This document shows positions 39,876 through 52,600 of a DNA stretch of 64,000 nucleotides, one piece after another; within the stretch, counting starts at the first letter, position 1; each line of letters opens with the position of its first letter. The notes below the pieces were generated by a model. That model was given only the letters and a program-made list of their open reading frames with translations. It was not told the DNA's origin and did not search any database. A program made the translations under genes and the position numbers. Location: NCBI GenBank assembly GCA_025594325.1, contig JANHCV010000006.1, positions 1,736,001 to 1,800,000 of the forward strand. The letters run 5' to 3'. The DNA is from Blastocladiella emersonii ATCC 22665. Taxonomy: Eukaryota; Fungi; Blastocladiomycota.

Positions 39876-42477
39876 TTACGACTTCCACCACTCGTCCACA
39901 CTCATCTGCTCCTCGTACTCGTCGCGCCACTCCTCGAGAATCCCGCCCGACCCTTCCGCCACGTCGTGCCCGTCGTCCCCATCGCCGTCGAGGGACAGCG
40001 GCGCCATGTCGAGCTCCATGAGCGGGTGCGAGTACAGCCACGACACCTCCATGTACCCGAGCCCGGGCAAGCCGGGGTGGTGCTCGTGGAAGTACCGCCC
40101 GTCGGCGGACCCGACACGCGAGAGCCCCGCGCGCGGGGACGACGGCGACGAGAGCGGGGTCGAGGTGCCCGATGACCCGGGCCGCGGCGATCCCGGCGGT
40201 GACCCGCCAGCACCACCCGCGCCCGCACCCGGCGCGGCCGTGTAAGAGTCAGGGAACCGTGCCTCGTGGAACGCGTGGACGACGTGGCGCATGGCGTCCT
40301 CCTGGCGCCGTCCCTCGGCGCCCTCGGTCTCGGCGTCGGACGTCATGAGGTAGTCGTCGACGAGTTTGGGCGTGAGGTGGTGGTAGATGAGCGAGATGAT
40401 CTGGATGTTCCCCTGGCGCCACTTGCGGGAGAGGAAGGGCATCTGGATCTTGATGGCCTTGAGGGCGCGGCGCAGGATCTCGATGCTGGACAGCGGGAGG
40501 AGCCGCTTCATGACGTTGAACGCCTTGGAGTTGTACAGCGCGTGGACGCGGTGCGGCTTGTTCTTGACGAGCAGGTACGCGAGGTGCGTGAGGTCGACGA
40601 GCAGGTGCGCGTTGCGGTGGGTAAACCCCGGGTTGGGCTTGAGCAAGTCGCGCAGGAACGCGGGCTCGCCCATGTCCGGGACCGCGGGCGCGTGCAGATA
40701 CGCGTTGTAGTCGTCCATGCTCAGCGTCTTGAGAATCAGCACCAGCGCGTTCGAGTCGACGAGCAGCTGCCCGACGTACTCGCCCATGAGCGGGTGCGCG
40801 AGCCGCACGTGCCGCAGCACCAGGACCAGCGTCGCGGCCGCGGCCGTCGCCAGGATCTCGCGCTCGCGCCGCGCGATCTGCATGGTCGGCAACACCGTGG
40901 GTCCGCGGAACCCCGGCCCGTGCTGCTGATGCTGCGCCGGGTGCCCATGCTGCGGCGCGCTCGGGTAGTATGCGGGCAGTGGCTGGTACACGAGGATGAC
41001 GCGGAGCAGGGCGACCACCAGAGCAGGTAATTTCGGGAGGACGGGCGCGTAGAAGGTGTGCTCGAGGTCGTCAAAGTGCTCGGCCCACTTCTCGGGCACG
41101 TCCCAGTCGTGCAGCGGGAGGAGCGCAGTATCGAGCGAGGGCGTGTGGTGGGCGAGCAGGATGGCGACGGCCTCGCGGATAGGCTCGGGCGGGTCGAGCT
41201 CGTCGTCGTTGGTGTGCGGGAGGAGCAGGTGGTCGTGCGACGCGACCTTCTTGCGCGCGGCGAACCCGCGTTTCGGCGTGGTCGCGGGCACGGTGCGGTT
41301 GTGGCGCGACGACGACGACCGCGGCTGCCGCGTAGGCCGCAGCCCGGCCGCGTCGAGGAGCGGGTCGAGGGCGAGCGCCGGGTACCGCGTGGCGAGCTCC
41401 GAGCACGCCATGCGCAGGTCGTGGTCGGTGGCCTTGGTGGCAAAGTGGATCGAGTCGGGCGACGCGGGTTGCGCTGCTGCTGCTGCTGCCGGTGGTGACG
41501 CGAGGCCGACGCGCGCAGAGCTGCCGCGCTCGAGCCCGTGGAACTTGATGAGGTCGGCCTTGATCTCGCGCAGGCGGTCGCGGCCGCCGTACTGGGCGAG
41601 GAACAGCTTCCAGATGACGAGTAGGATCTTCTTGGTGACCGAGGCGTGGGCCTTGGCGGTCTCGGCGACGCGGAGGAACAGGTCGATGAGGTGCTGCAGG
41701 TAGTTTGGCTCGGCGAGGGTGAGCGGGACGCTGATGGCGAAGGAGTGGCACGCGACGACGTGGGCGTGGAAGATGCCGAGGAGCAGCGTCACGTCGGCCT
41801 GCGCGGGGGACACGACGGGCGTGCGCTGCCCGCTGCCCGGCCCCGCTCCTGCCGCCGTGGGCGACTGCCCCGATGACACGGGCGGTGTCCGGTTCCCGCT
41901 GCCCTGGGCGAGCTTGATCTCGGCCTCCCACGCGCTGAGTGCGGCGACGACGCGGGGCCAGAGGCAGGTGAGGAGACCGACCTGGGCGAGGGCGTTGTGC
42001 GAGCGCTTGAGGGCGAGGACCCAGATGTCGCGGTCGGCCATGCGCGAGTAGGCGCCGTGGGCGACGTAGAAGAGGCAGCGGGCGGCCTCGCGCCACGCGG
42101 GCTCGTCGGCCTCGAGCAGGTCGAGCAGGCGCATCAGCTCGAAGCGCTGCTCGTGCCACGCGAGGTGCGTCCACCGCTCCTCGAAGGGGATCTCGCGCGC
42201 CACGGGCGGGTCGCCATCGCCCAGGTCGAAGAAGGCGGCGATCTCGCGGTCGACCGCGTCGCAGTCGGTGTGCTGGTAGCCGAGGAGCTACTGGTGGGCG
42301 GTGCGCCGGTCAGCACTTGAGGAGGGACGGCGGGTCGAGCGAGGACATGGGAGGGGTACAGACAGGGTCGCCGGGCCCGTCGGCGGTGGGCGACTCGAGC
42401 TCGCCGGGCGAGTGGGTGAGGAGGGCGTCGTCGCCGCTCAACGTGGCTCCCGTGGTGTTGCTGGTGTTGATGTGCAT
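39876..42477 (-). CDS. FAR11: FAR11/STRIP1 striatin-interacting protein (STRIPAK subunit)
   Basis: KKILLVIWKLFLAQYGG, EPIREAVAIL, REREILATAAAATLVLVLRH, YVGQLLVDSNALVLILK and KAIKIQMPFLSRKWRQGNIQIISLIYHHL are typical of the N1221/DUF3402 domains. The probable first exon starts at 42477, and the first-intron boundaries are approximate. Confidence 0.85.
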
Positions 42478-43062
42478 TGCATTCGCTGGTTGTTGAGGTT
42501 GAGGGGGAGAGGGGGGGGGGGGAACGCGTTGCGCGCGCCTCGAAAAGGTCGCGGCGATGCGTCAGGTGACGGCGGCGCACTCCAACTCTCTCCCCTCCCC
42601 GCTGCGCTCTCGCTCGCCGTGGCCGCCGCCGCGCCCGCCACCGCTCGACCCGCCCGCCGCCCGACTCGGCACCTGAACGACCCCCTACAACCGCCCTCTG
42701 TCGCCGTCGCTGTCGTCCTCGCACGGCCGACCGATAGTGAAGCGTGAGCGCGCCCCTCTCCGCCCGAAAGGTTGCCCCCATCTCTACTCTGCCATGGAAC
42801 ATGTCAATGCAACACCCCATGAATTACTCGCATGGAGACCCCCGATGATGGGAGGATGCTGTGGCGATGATGCGGTCCTGCCCCGCCCGCCCGCACGCTC
42901 GCGCAATGGACGAGAGACTGATTCTGGCGCCCTACCCCGCCGCCCTCGAAGCCAGTCTGGTGCCCGTGTAGCCCGTACACTGCACCGTGTGTGTGTGTCT
43001 CGTCCTGTCCGACGAGATCGAGAACCCGCCGCGAGTAGACGCTTCCCCGCGCACCCGAGAGA

Positions 43063-43817
43063 ATGGACAGCGAAATGTCGACCTCGTCCGCCGCCGACTA
43101 CTGGGTCGACGAGTTCCTGATGAAGAAGGGCAACGAGATGTTCTGCGATGTCGACGAGGACTACATCATCGACAAGTTCAACCTCACGGGGCTCGCGTCC
43201 GAGGTCGAGTGGTACCAGCAGGCCATGGACATTATCCTCGACAAGATTGGTCCGTTCGCTCGCTCGTCTGCTTGCTCCCGCGCACACACTCGCTAACCCC
43301 CTCTTCCTCGGAAATAGAGCTGACCGACTTTGAGCAGTCGACGCGACAGCGGCTGGCCAAGAACTGCGCGCACCTGTACGGCCTGATCCACGCGCGGTTC
43401 ATTGTGACGCAGCGCGGGCTGCAGAAGATGGCGGAAAAGTACCAGCGCGCCGAGTTCGGCACCTGCCCACGGACGCTGTGCCACGACACGCCCGTGCTGC
43501 CCGTCGGGCTGTCGGACCTGCCGGGCAACTCGACGGTGCGCCTCTACTGCCCGCGGTGCCAGGATGTGTACAACCCGCGGAGCTCGCGCCACGCCATGCT
43601 CGACGCCGCCTACTGGGGCACCACCTTCCCGCACCTCCTGCTGCAGGTCCACCCGAACCTGCTCGACTTCCACCGCATCCCGACGTCCGGCCCCGCGGCG
43701 CGCGACGTCGAGGTCTACACACCCAAGATCTTTGGCTTCCGCGTCCACAGCCAGGCCAAGATCGCCCGGGCCCGCGACGCCGTGCGCGACGCCGCCGCCA
43801 AGGTCAACGGCAAGTAG
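43063..43817 (+). CDS. CSNK2B: Casein kinase II regulatory subunit beta
   Basis: WVDEFLMKKGNEMFCDVDEDYIIDKFNLTGL, LYGLIHARFI, FGTCPRTLC..VRLYCPRCQDVY zinc finger, GTTFPH and YTPKIFGFRVH. Intron 43250-43317. Confidence 0.95.
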
Positions 43818-44082
43818 TGCTGCTCTCCCTCCCCCTCTCTCTCGTCCTATCCCTCATCCTCCACCCACCATCCCTGTTTATTAATAATATCGACTCTGCA
43901 TTATCTCGCTTATCCACGCATACCCGCGTATCATAATATTTGCCGAGCGTCAGGTGAGCTCGACTGACGCACGCGGCGCCTCACTCTGCTGCTCAAGCTT
44001 GCCATCATTCACTTCTACTCCACCCTCGCAGGCCCACCCGTATTGCTACGAAATTCACACTCCCTGCAACGCATCGACGACC

Positions 44083-44729
44083 ATGAGCTTGCTGCACGCC
44101 GCGACCCTGATCGTCCGCCGCCCGCTGATCACGGCGACGCCCTCGCCGCTGGCCGCCGCCTACTACAAGTACCACGCGGCGCTGCGCTCCGAGCACTCGC
44201 GCGCCGTCGTCGACGACTTCTGGACCAAGAAGGGTGCCGCGGGCGGCGACGCTGCTGCCAACATCCAGATGGCCGTCCCCGCGCCCCGCGCCAACCCCGC
44301 CGCCGACGCCGATGTCCGCAGCCTCGACCGCCACCTCGACCAGAGCGTGTACCTTGTGGTCAAGGAGGGTGGGAAGTGGGGGCTCGTCAAGGGCGCCGCC
44401 AAGGACGGCGAGCCGCTGCACGAGGCCGCGCGCCGTATCGCCGCGGAAACCGCCGGCGGGAACATGGATCTCTGGATGGTCGGCCGCGTGCCTGTCGCGC
44501 TGTCCAAGGTGGCTGCCGAGAAGGTGCGTGCTCGTGTTCGTGGGGCACCGTTGCGCGGGAAACTTACACGAAAGCGCGACACCCGTAGACGTTCATCCAC
44601 AAGGCGCACATCCTCGCGGGCCAGGCCAAGCCCGCGGCGGCCGGCGCCGAGTTTGCGTGGGTCACCAAGGCCGAGATGCCGCAGTACCTCGACGCGGCCG
44701 CGTACGCGGACGTGGCCGACCTGCTGTAA
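44083..44729 (+). CDS. MRPL46: Mitochondrial ribosomal protein mL46 (Nudix-like)
   Basis: DVRSLDRHLDQSVYLVVK, GEPLHEAARR, GNMDLWMVGRVP and FAWVTKAEM. Intron 44524-44588. Confidence 0.85.
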
Positions 44730-44808
44730 CCTCCTCCTTAACCTCTAGTATCTCATCTCATCTCATTTGCCCACCGTAACTATATAAACCTCAGCTCCAT
44801 CAACCCCA

Positions 44809-46899
44809 TCACGAACTCGCCGCCGCCAGCGACCCGAGCTCCGCGAGCTGCGCGAGGACCGCCGCGGGACTCAGCACGTCGCTGCCGCCGTACATGACGG
44901 GCCGCTTACGGCTGCGCGCCACGTCCATGAGCTGGTGGAACTCGAGGTACGACGCGCCGCCGACCACGAACACGATACACCCGGCGGTCCCCGCGCCGCG
45001 CGGCGTCTGGGTTGCCGCACCACTACCCGCACCTGCGCGGTTGGCCCGCGACACGCGCGGGTCGAGCGTGACGAGATCGTCGCCCGAGGTCCCGTCAAGG
45101 ACGGCCTCGACGCGGCGCACGGCGTAAGGCGCGCGGCCGAGAACCAGCGACTTGACGCCGCCGACCAGCGTCTCGACGGCGCCGCCCAGCGTGCCCGCCT
45201 GCGCTAGCGACTCGGTCAGCCGGCCGAACCGGTTCAGCAGGTCGCCCGCGGCGCGCGAGCCGGGCGTCGCAGCCGAGGCGTTGGCCGCCGCGGACGGGTT
45301 CGCGCCCGCGGAGGTGGTGGTGGCGTGCAGCGCGGTCTGTGCGCGGAAGTAGGCGAGCGCGTTGAGCGCGTCCTTGGCGTCGGGGTGGACCGCCGCGACG
45401 ATGCGGGCGACCTCGTCGCACTCGGCGAGGGCGGCCGCGTTGGCCTCGGCACCGCCCGACCCGGCCGCGGCGGCGGAGACGACCGAGACGAGGTAAACGA
45501 GAGCGAGCCGCGCGGCGTCGTCGGCGGCGAGCGACTTGTCGCGGAGGAGGTCGAGGACGGGTCCGCGGGCGGGCTTCTGCTCCGTCTCGTAGAGGACATC
45601 GAGCTTGCGGGCCTGGATCGCCGCCATGAGCGCGGTCGCGACGTGCATGTGGGCGTCGAGCGTGCGCTTGCGCGCGGTGAGGGCCGGGACCTGGGTGATG
45701 GCGGACTTGAGCTGCTTGGCGTTGAGCGCGCCGGCGGCGGCGGCCGACGAGTCCATTTCCTCGATGGAGGTGGCGCCCGTCGCCGACAAGAGCTCGGCCG
45801 CGTCGCGCTTGTACGCGGCGAGCTCGGCGTTGACGCGGTCCGTGGCGTCCGGGAACGGGGTGCCGGCGCACGCGCGCCAGAAAAAGTCGGCCGAGGCGTC
45901 AATGTCGAAGACGCGCTTGGCGCCGTCGACGGGGCAGGTGATGCGGTTGAGCTTGAAGTCGAGGGCGTCGTGGACGAGCGGCGCGTACAGCCACGAGTGG
46001 GCGAGCGGGGTCGCGAAATCGGCGGCGCGGTCGAGGACCAGGAGCGTCGGGCGCGGGGCGTCCGGGTCGAAGAGCGCCGACTGGGCGTTGTGGTGGATGG
46101 CGTCGCGCAGCTTGGCCTCTACGCGGCGCGCGAGCATCTCGGCGGCGTTGCCCTTGGGGAACCGCACGTAGGGGACGACGCCGAGCGTGATGCACACGCC
46201 GAGCAGGCCCGCGGCGAGGTGGTCGACGAGCTGGGTGATCTCGTGCTCGGCGGACCGCGGCGACGCGAGCGTGACGAGGGCATTGGGGGAGGCGAGCGAG
46301 AACAGGTGGTCCTCGAGGACGCGGAAGGGGAGGTACGCGTCGCACACGCGGGCGACGAGCGGGGCCGACTGCGACGCGACGAGCCGCTGGGCGAGGTCCT
46401 CGAGCAGCGCGCGCGGCAGCGGCGACGTGAAGTTGAGGTAGAAGGCGTCGTAGAGCGCGGCGGCCATGTCCTCGGCGATGCGCACGATCGCGGCGGGCGT
46501 CGGGTCGACAAAGTAGACGGCGGGCACGTCCGGGATCGCCTGGCGCGGCGCGTGCAGCGACATGTGCACCGTGACGCCGGCGTCGCGCAGGTCGGCCACG
46601 CTGAGCACGGGCGAGATCACGTCGCGCCCGACCGCGTCGAGCACCAGCACTTTCCACTGCGTCGGCACCGCCACCGGGGCGGGGCCGGCGCGCGGATCGG
46701 CATCGCCCGAGACGGCCGCGTCGAGCGAGAGCATCTTGAGCAGCGCCTGCTTGGTCGCGCCGCGGAGCGTCGGGCTCGCTGCGCCAATGAACCCGGGCAC
46801 GGGCGCGACGGGCGCAGGCTGGCCCGGGGCGGAGCTGCCGCCGCCGGCCGCCACGGAGCTCAGAGATGCATTGGTGAGCGAGATGGGGAGCGATGCCAT
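44809..46899 (-). CDS. SLY1: Sec1/Munc18 family protein Sly1 (SCFD1)
   Basis: WKVLVLD..DVISPVLSVADLRDAGVTVHM, IPDVPAVYFVDPT, LLVLDRAADFATPLAHSWLYAPLVHD and IVFVVGGASYLEF. Confidence 0.92.
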   Translation of the reverse strand: MASLPISLTNASLSSVAAGGGSSAPGQPAPVAPVPGFIGAASPTLRGATKQALLKMLSLDAAVSGDADPRAGPAPVAVPTQWKVLVLDAVGRDVISPVLSVADLRDAGVTVHMSLHAPRQAIPDVPAVYFVDPTPAAIVRIAEDMAAALYDAFYLNFTSPLPRALLEDLAQRLVASQSAPLVARVCDAYLPFRVLEDHLFSLASPNALVTLASPRSAEHEITQLVDHLAAGLLGVCITLGVVPYVRFPKGNAAEMLARRVEAKLRDAIHHNAQSALFDPDAPRPTLLVLDRAADFATPLAHSWLYAPLVHDALDFKLNRITCPVDGAKRVFDIDASADFFWRACAGTPFPDATDRVNAELAAYKRDAAELLSATGATSIEEMDSSAAAAGALNAKQLKSAITQVPALTARKRTLDAHMHVATALMAAIQARKLDVLYETEQKPARGPVLDLLRDKSLAADDAARLALVYLVSVVSAAAAGSGGAEANAAALAECDEVARIVAAVHPDAKDALNALAYFRAQTALHATTTSAGANPSAAANASAATPGSRAAGDLLNRFGRLTESLAQAGTLGGAVETLVGGVKSLVLGRAPYAVRRVEAVLDGTSGDDLVTLDPRVSRANRAGAGSGAATQTPRGAGTAGCIVFVVGGASYLEFHQLMDVARSRKRPVMYGGSDVLSPAAVLAQLAELGSLAAASS

Positions 46900-47148
46900 T
46901 TGAGTATCGTGTTTGTGGGGATGGGGAGGGCGGGGGGAGAGGGAGGAGAGAGGGCGGCTCGGCGAACGTGGCGCGCAACGTGGCGTCGCTCTGAGCGGCA
47001 GTCTGAGCGGTCGGCGCCGACTTCGACGCGTGATGGCCGCGCCGCCTTCATCTCCTCGCCCGCTCTCTCCTCCATCGGCCTCACAGTCCATGTAACTCGT
47101 CCTTGCCACTCGAGGCAGCTCTACAGTAACCGCAACCACATCGCAACC

Positions 47149-48390
47149 ATGAGTCGCGTCGAGGACGGCGAGCGCTACATGGCCGCCGCCCAGAAGGCGT
47201 ACGCTTGCTCCCCTGCTCGTTCAAGGGTGCGCACACTCACTCCCGCCATGTGTAGCATCACGAAACCGCGGTTCGCGCTGTTCTGGAAGCCCGACCACGA
47301 GGACGCGGCGCAGAACTTTGAGCGCGCCGCCGGGTGCTTCAAGCAGCCGCGGCCGGACCTCGCCGTGCCGGCGTTCCTGGCCTCGGCCGACGCGTGGGTC
47401 AAGGCCGAGTCGTACTTCATGGCCGCCAAGATGACCGAGTCGGCCGCGCACCTGTCGCTGACGTCCGCCTCGGCCAAGGACCCGGCGCGCGCCGCGCAGC
47501 TGTACAAGCAGGCCGCCGAGTACTTTGTCCTCAACGGGACGCCGGACCGCGCCGCCGAGACCATGGAGAAGGCCGCGAAAGCCGCCGAGGACGCGGGCGA
47601 CGCGGGCGTCGCGCTCGACCTGTACAACGAGTGCATCGAGCTGCACATGCAGGAGGACCGCCCGCGGTTCGCCGTGGACGTGGTCAAGCGCGCTGTCGCG
47701 TTCACGGTGCGCGCCGAGATGCACCAGGCCGCGGTCGCGCTGCTCGAGCGCCAGGTCGCCACCTACGCCAAGATCAACAACGCCAACGGAGTCTCCAAGT
47801 CGGCCCTCGCCCTCGTCATCTACCTGCTCGCCATCCAGGACGACGTGCGCGCCGTGCACGAGTTCCAGGACGCCATGACCCGCGGCGCGTTTGCTCGCGA
47901 CGAGGCACTCGCGGCGAACGCCATCTTCGACGCCCTCGACCACGCCGACCCCGACGAGCTCGCCCGCGCCGTCAACGCCCAGATCATCGGGTTCCTCGAC
48001 CCGCCCATTGTCCGCGTCGCCCGCAAGCTGCAGGTCCGCGCCTCGGCCGGCTCGTTTGGAGGGGCTACGGCCGCCCCGCCCGTCCCGATCCCTGGGTTCA
48101 TCCCGACCGCCGACGTGCCGCCCCCGGCCCTGTCCTCGAGCAGCGCGCACAACCTCGCACCCGCGCCCGCGCCCGTGTCGTTCTCGGCCCCGCCACCACC
48201 GTCCGTGCCCGGGTTCGCCTCGGCGGCTCCCCCGCCGCCGATTCCCGGACTTGGCGGTGCGCCTGGCGGCGGCATCCCGGGCTTCACGCCGCCACCACCC
48301 GTCGTCCCCGTCCCCGGCCTCCCCGCGGCACCGCGACCGGTCGCGCCTGTCGCGGGAACCGAGTCCGAGGAGGAGGAGGGCTTCTGCTGA
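47149..48390 (+). CDS. NAPG: Gamma-soluble NSF attachment protein with proline-rich insertion
   Basis: FWKPDHEDAAQNFERAAGCFK, FMAAKMTESAA, NGTPDRAAETMEKAAK and acidic EEEEGFC* terminus. Intron 47199-47255. Confidence 0.85.
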   Translation: MSRVEDGERYMAAAQKAYACSPARSRVRTLTPAMCSITKPRFALFWKPDHEDAAQNFERAAGCFKQPRPDLAVPAFLASADAWVKAESYFMAAKMTESAAHLSLTSASAKDPARAAQLYKQAAEYFVLNGTPDRAAETMEKAAKAAEDAGDAGVALDLYNECIELHMQEDRPRFAVDVVKRAVAFTVRAEMHQAAVALLERQVATYAKINNANGVSKSALALVIYLLAIQDDVRAVHEFQDAMTRGAFARDEALAANAIFDALDHADPDELARAVNAQIIGFLDPPIVRVARKLQVRASAGSFGGATAAPPVPIPGFIPTADVPPPALSSSSAHNLAPAPAPVSFSAPPPPSVPGFASAAPPPPIPGLGGAPGGGIPGFTPPPPVVPVPGLPAAPRPVAPVAGTESEEEEGFC

Positions 48391-48478
48391 TGGTCCGTGT
48401 ACAGTTGTGAGGGAGAGTATATATGTACGTCGTGTTCAGACTCGGTAACAGCAAAAACGTCGGGCTAGGTAGAGGTCA

Positions 48479-49149
48479 TCACAGCATGCTCGCCGTCTCC
48501 ATGAATTCCTACACGCTCACGGTTAGCGTTGCTCGCCCGCGATTCAACCCGGAGAGACACGACGTACCCGCTGAACCTTCTTGAGCGCGCCCTTGAATTG
48601 GTCCACCTCGCGCCAGCAGTCGAGCGGGCGGCGCGCGTTGGCCTTGAAGCACGCCGCGAGCGCGTCCTGCGCCGCCACGCACTCGAGGTTGGGCTCGGGC
48701 GTCGGCAAGCTGATGCGGCCCAGCCGGTGCAGCAGCTCGTCGGCCTCGCGCTGCGCCGCCGTCGCATCCAGGTGCTCGCGGTTGTCGGCGCGCGACCCCT
48801 CGACGCCGCGGCGGTGCTCCAGCTCCTCGGCCACCCGCCGCGACACCTCGGCCTGGATCGCCGCCTCCAGCTCCGCCGGGTCCACCTGCGGCTGCTGCTG
48901 TGGTTCAGCGGCGGGAGCGGCGGCGGCGTGCGCGTGCTCGACGGTCGACGGCGCAGTGGAGGCCGAGGACGAGGCGTGCGTGTTGGCCTCGAGCTTGCGG
49001 ATCAGGTTCTCGTTGAACTAGATGGTCTCACAACGACGCTCAGTCTTCCGTGCTCCATCCACGACAAGGGTGCCGAGACGCACCCGCACCGAGACGTCGC
49101 TCGTGAACACGATCGGCTCGGGCGCCGGCTTGGACTGGCCCTGACCCAT
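48479..49149 (-). CDS. MIC19: MICOS subunit Mic19 (CHCH domain, N-myristoylation motif)
   Basis: MGQGQSK start, coiled-coil middle, and C-terminal CVAAQDALAACFKANARRPLDCWREVDQFK. Two introns. Confidence 0.8.
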
Positions 49150-49608
49150 AGTTGCAATTCAGTTCAATTGGAGGCGGCCGCGGCAGTGCGCCAAGTGGTC
49201 GATTCGTTGCAGCGGCGTGCGGGGCGTGTGTGCTACGTCGTCGTCGAGGAGGTAGCTGCTACGATGCAATGTTGAAAGAGAGATCAACGGCAGCCACACG
49301 TGAGACCGTCGCCGCCGCCGCCGACCTCTACTCCCCCCCCCCCTCGCCTCCATCATGCAAGCGGATGAATGAAGTCTAGTAAGGCAAACGGCAAATGCTT
49401 CTTATTGGTGGGTGGAGAGATATGGTTGCGACAGGCCATGGGGACACGGTGGAGCGGAGCGGAGGGAGAGGGACGGGCCAGGGTCGCGCGCGCGGGCTCA
49501 CGGCGGCCGCGAGGAGGCGTAGTAGTAGTAATAACACAAAAGAGGGGTGGGTCGGGTGGAGGCGAGGCCATGTCGCGGCGCGCGGCGCGCTGCTCGCTTG
49601 CTCGCCGT

Positions 49609-52600
49609 CTAGACGCCCGGCCCTGCTCGCGCCCCGCCGCCTCCCTGCGCTGCCGCCGGCGACGGCGACGCTGGCGGCTCGCCCGGCCTTGGCCGCCCGC
49701 TCGCCGCCGCTACCGCTGCCGCGGAAGGTGTCTCGCCGTTGAGTGATGGCGGCACGCGGCCCGACTTTTCAGAGTCGACGCCCGGCGGTCCGCCACCCCC
49801 GCCGCCCCCGCCGCCGCCTTGTGGTGTTGGTGGCGGCTGTTGTGGTGGCTGCTGCTGTTGGCTGCCGCCGCCGCCGAGCAGGAGACCCGTGGTCAGGGCG
49901 CCGGGTGCTAGTGCTGGTGGTGCGCTGCCCGCGGCAGCGGCCGCGTGCGGCTTGGTCGGGACCACCGACACCGAGATCATGGTGGGCGCCGCCGACTGGT
50001 CGCCGCCGTTGCTCGGCATCACCGAGTAGCTCTCCTTGCCCATGATCTTGCGCTCCAGGAACGCCTGCTCGCGCAAAATGTCGCGGTCGCTCGGGTATTC
50101 TTGTACCTTGAAGCTACACGATTGCGGGAATGTTAGCTGCTGCTCCACGCGGGCACTCAGAAACGAGAAAACGTACTAGGACACCACGGCGTCGGGGAGC
50201 ACCGCCGTGATGGGCGCGAGGATCAGGACGAACCAGTACGCGGCCATGCCGTGGATCTGCGTCGGGAGCCCGTATGGCAGGTCGTCCTGCGCCATGTACC
50301 CCTTGACCGACGTGTTGATGGACGTGAGCACCGACAGCGCGCCGAGCGTCGCAATGTAAAGGAGGAACGAGAGCACGACGCCGAGCACCGCGATCAGCGT
50401 CCAGTGGTGCGACATGAGCATGATGCGCAGCGTGACGATCCCGAGAATCACAATGGCGTTGAACCACTGGAACGAGTCGAGGTCCGGCATCCGCCCGCTG
50501 CTGTCGAGCGACGGCGAGTCCCAGAACAGCAGCAGGCACCCGAGGAACGACACGGCCGTGTGCCACACGCACGACAGGAACCACATGACGGCGTTGCGCG
50601 TCGACCAGAAGTAGGTCGAGTCGCGCGTGCTCTTGTACAGCTGCGGGTGCCGCACCAGCACGCCCTCGCCAACGTCCTTTTCCATGAACGCGTACAGGAA
50701 CGGCGGCAGGAACGTGAACAGCACGTTCCAGTTGGGCAGGAAGCTGCCGTTGTACAGCGGCTACACGTTCTTGGAGTTTAGCTTCTGGTTGGTCGGTCGG
50801 TCGCGATGATGAGAGAACCGTACCCCGCCGCTCCACGCGTTGCACAGCCCGTAAAAGAACTGGGTCGAGATGAACGAAATGTTCTTGTAGAACGAGTAGA
50901 GCACGAGGTTGCTGAGCCGCAGCATCGAGTACCGCCCGTGCACCGACAGCAGCCGCGCCAGCGCCTTGAACTCGACAATCGCGTAGTCGGCCGCCCGCAC
51001 CGCCTGCGCGCCCTCCATGCCCTCGATGCCCACGCCAATGTCGGCCTCCTGGATCATGGACACGTCGTTCTACACACGCGGACCGAGTTAGCACATCGCG
51101 CAGTCGTCGTTGAGAGCAGCGTGAACGTACCGCGCCGTCGCCGATACTCAGCGTCAGGACACCGAGCTCGCGCTTGACGAGGCGCACGACGAGCGCCTTC
51201 TGCAGCGGCGTGACGCGGCAGCAGATGACCGACGCGCACTGGTTGGCGAGGGCGAGGAACCCCTGCGGCGCGTTGTCGAAGAGGACCGACAGCGACTCGC
51301 CCGTGACGGTGAGCGCGAACTCGGTCTTCTTGGGCGCGTTGGTCTTGACGAGCGCGAGGTTGGCCGTGAGCTGGTCGGCGATGGCGCCAGGCGTCACCGA
51401 GTCGAGGTGCAGGAGCATCATCTCGGGGCGGATCAGCTTGCAGCTGTGCGCGATGTTGACGGCCGTCTCCTGCTTGTCACCCGTCAGCATCCACACCTTG
51501 ATGCCGCACCGCAGCAGGAAATCAATCGTCTCGGGGACGCGGTCCTGCAGGCGGTCCTCGATGGCCGAGCACCCGAGCAGGTCGAGCCCGCGCTCGGCCA
51601 TGTCGGCGGCGCGCTCGAGCCGGGCCTCGCGGTCGACGAGCGACCGCGCCGCGTCGTCGTACCGCCGCTTGAAGTCGAGGTACTCGTCCTCGGACATGGG
51701 CTTGGCCGTGAACACGAGCGTGCGCAGGCCGTCTTCCGAGAACAGGTGCAGCTGCTCCTCGACGGCGAGCCGCACGTCGTCGCCCAGCGTGACCTCGGAC
51801 CCGCGCAGCCGCGGGAACATGATGTTGTCGGCGCCCTTGGAGTAGACGACAATCGACCCGTCGCGCTCGCGCACAATCACCGACATGCGCTTGCGGTCCG
51901 AGTTGAACTCGAGCATGTCCAGGATCCGGATCTCCTGCTCGACGCCGTTCTCGACGACGACCACGCTCGCCTTCTTGCGTTGCTTGAGGTACGCGTGTTT
52001 CCGGATCCCGAGCAGCAGCGCGATCTCGTCGGGCGACTGCGACTCGTAGTCGATGTGCGCGCCGTGCTCGTTGACGTCGACGGGCGGCAGCGACACGCCG
52101 CGGCCGAGGTCCGTGCCCGGGGTCGCGCCATGCGTCGCGGCCGCAGGCGTGCCGGGCGGCGGCCGCTTGGTCTCGACGGGCATGGCGTTGTTGCACAGGA
52201 GGATGCACCGGACGAGGCGCGCGAGCGCCGGGTCCTTGGCGATCGACTTGATGGCGCGGACGCGGTAGACGAGCGGGCCCGTGCACAGGCACGTCAGGAC
52301 CATCTCGTTGCGGGTCATGGTGCCCGTCTTGTCCGAGAAGACGTAGTGGACGCCGCCGAGGTCCTCGTTGAGGTTCGAGTTGTTGACGCGCATCGGGCGG
52401 CCGCGCGGGCACTTGAGCTGGTCGTCCCACACCATGAACTGGCGCTGCAGCACGCGCACGCCCTCGATGATCACGAACAGCGACACGGGGATCGTGTACG
52501 AGAAGAGCACGAAGTACGTCATGAACGAGTTGAAGTAGTGCCCGAACCCGTAGCTCGGCGTCGCCGCGGCCGGCAGCATGTACCACACGGACCGCTCAAT

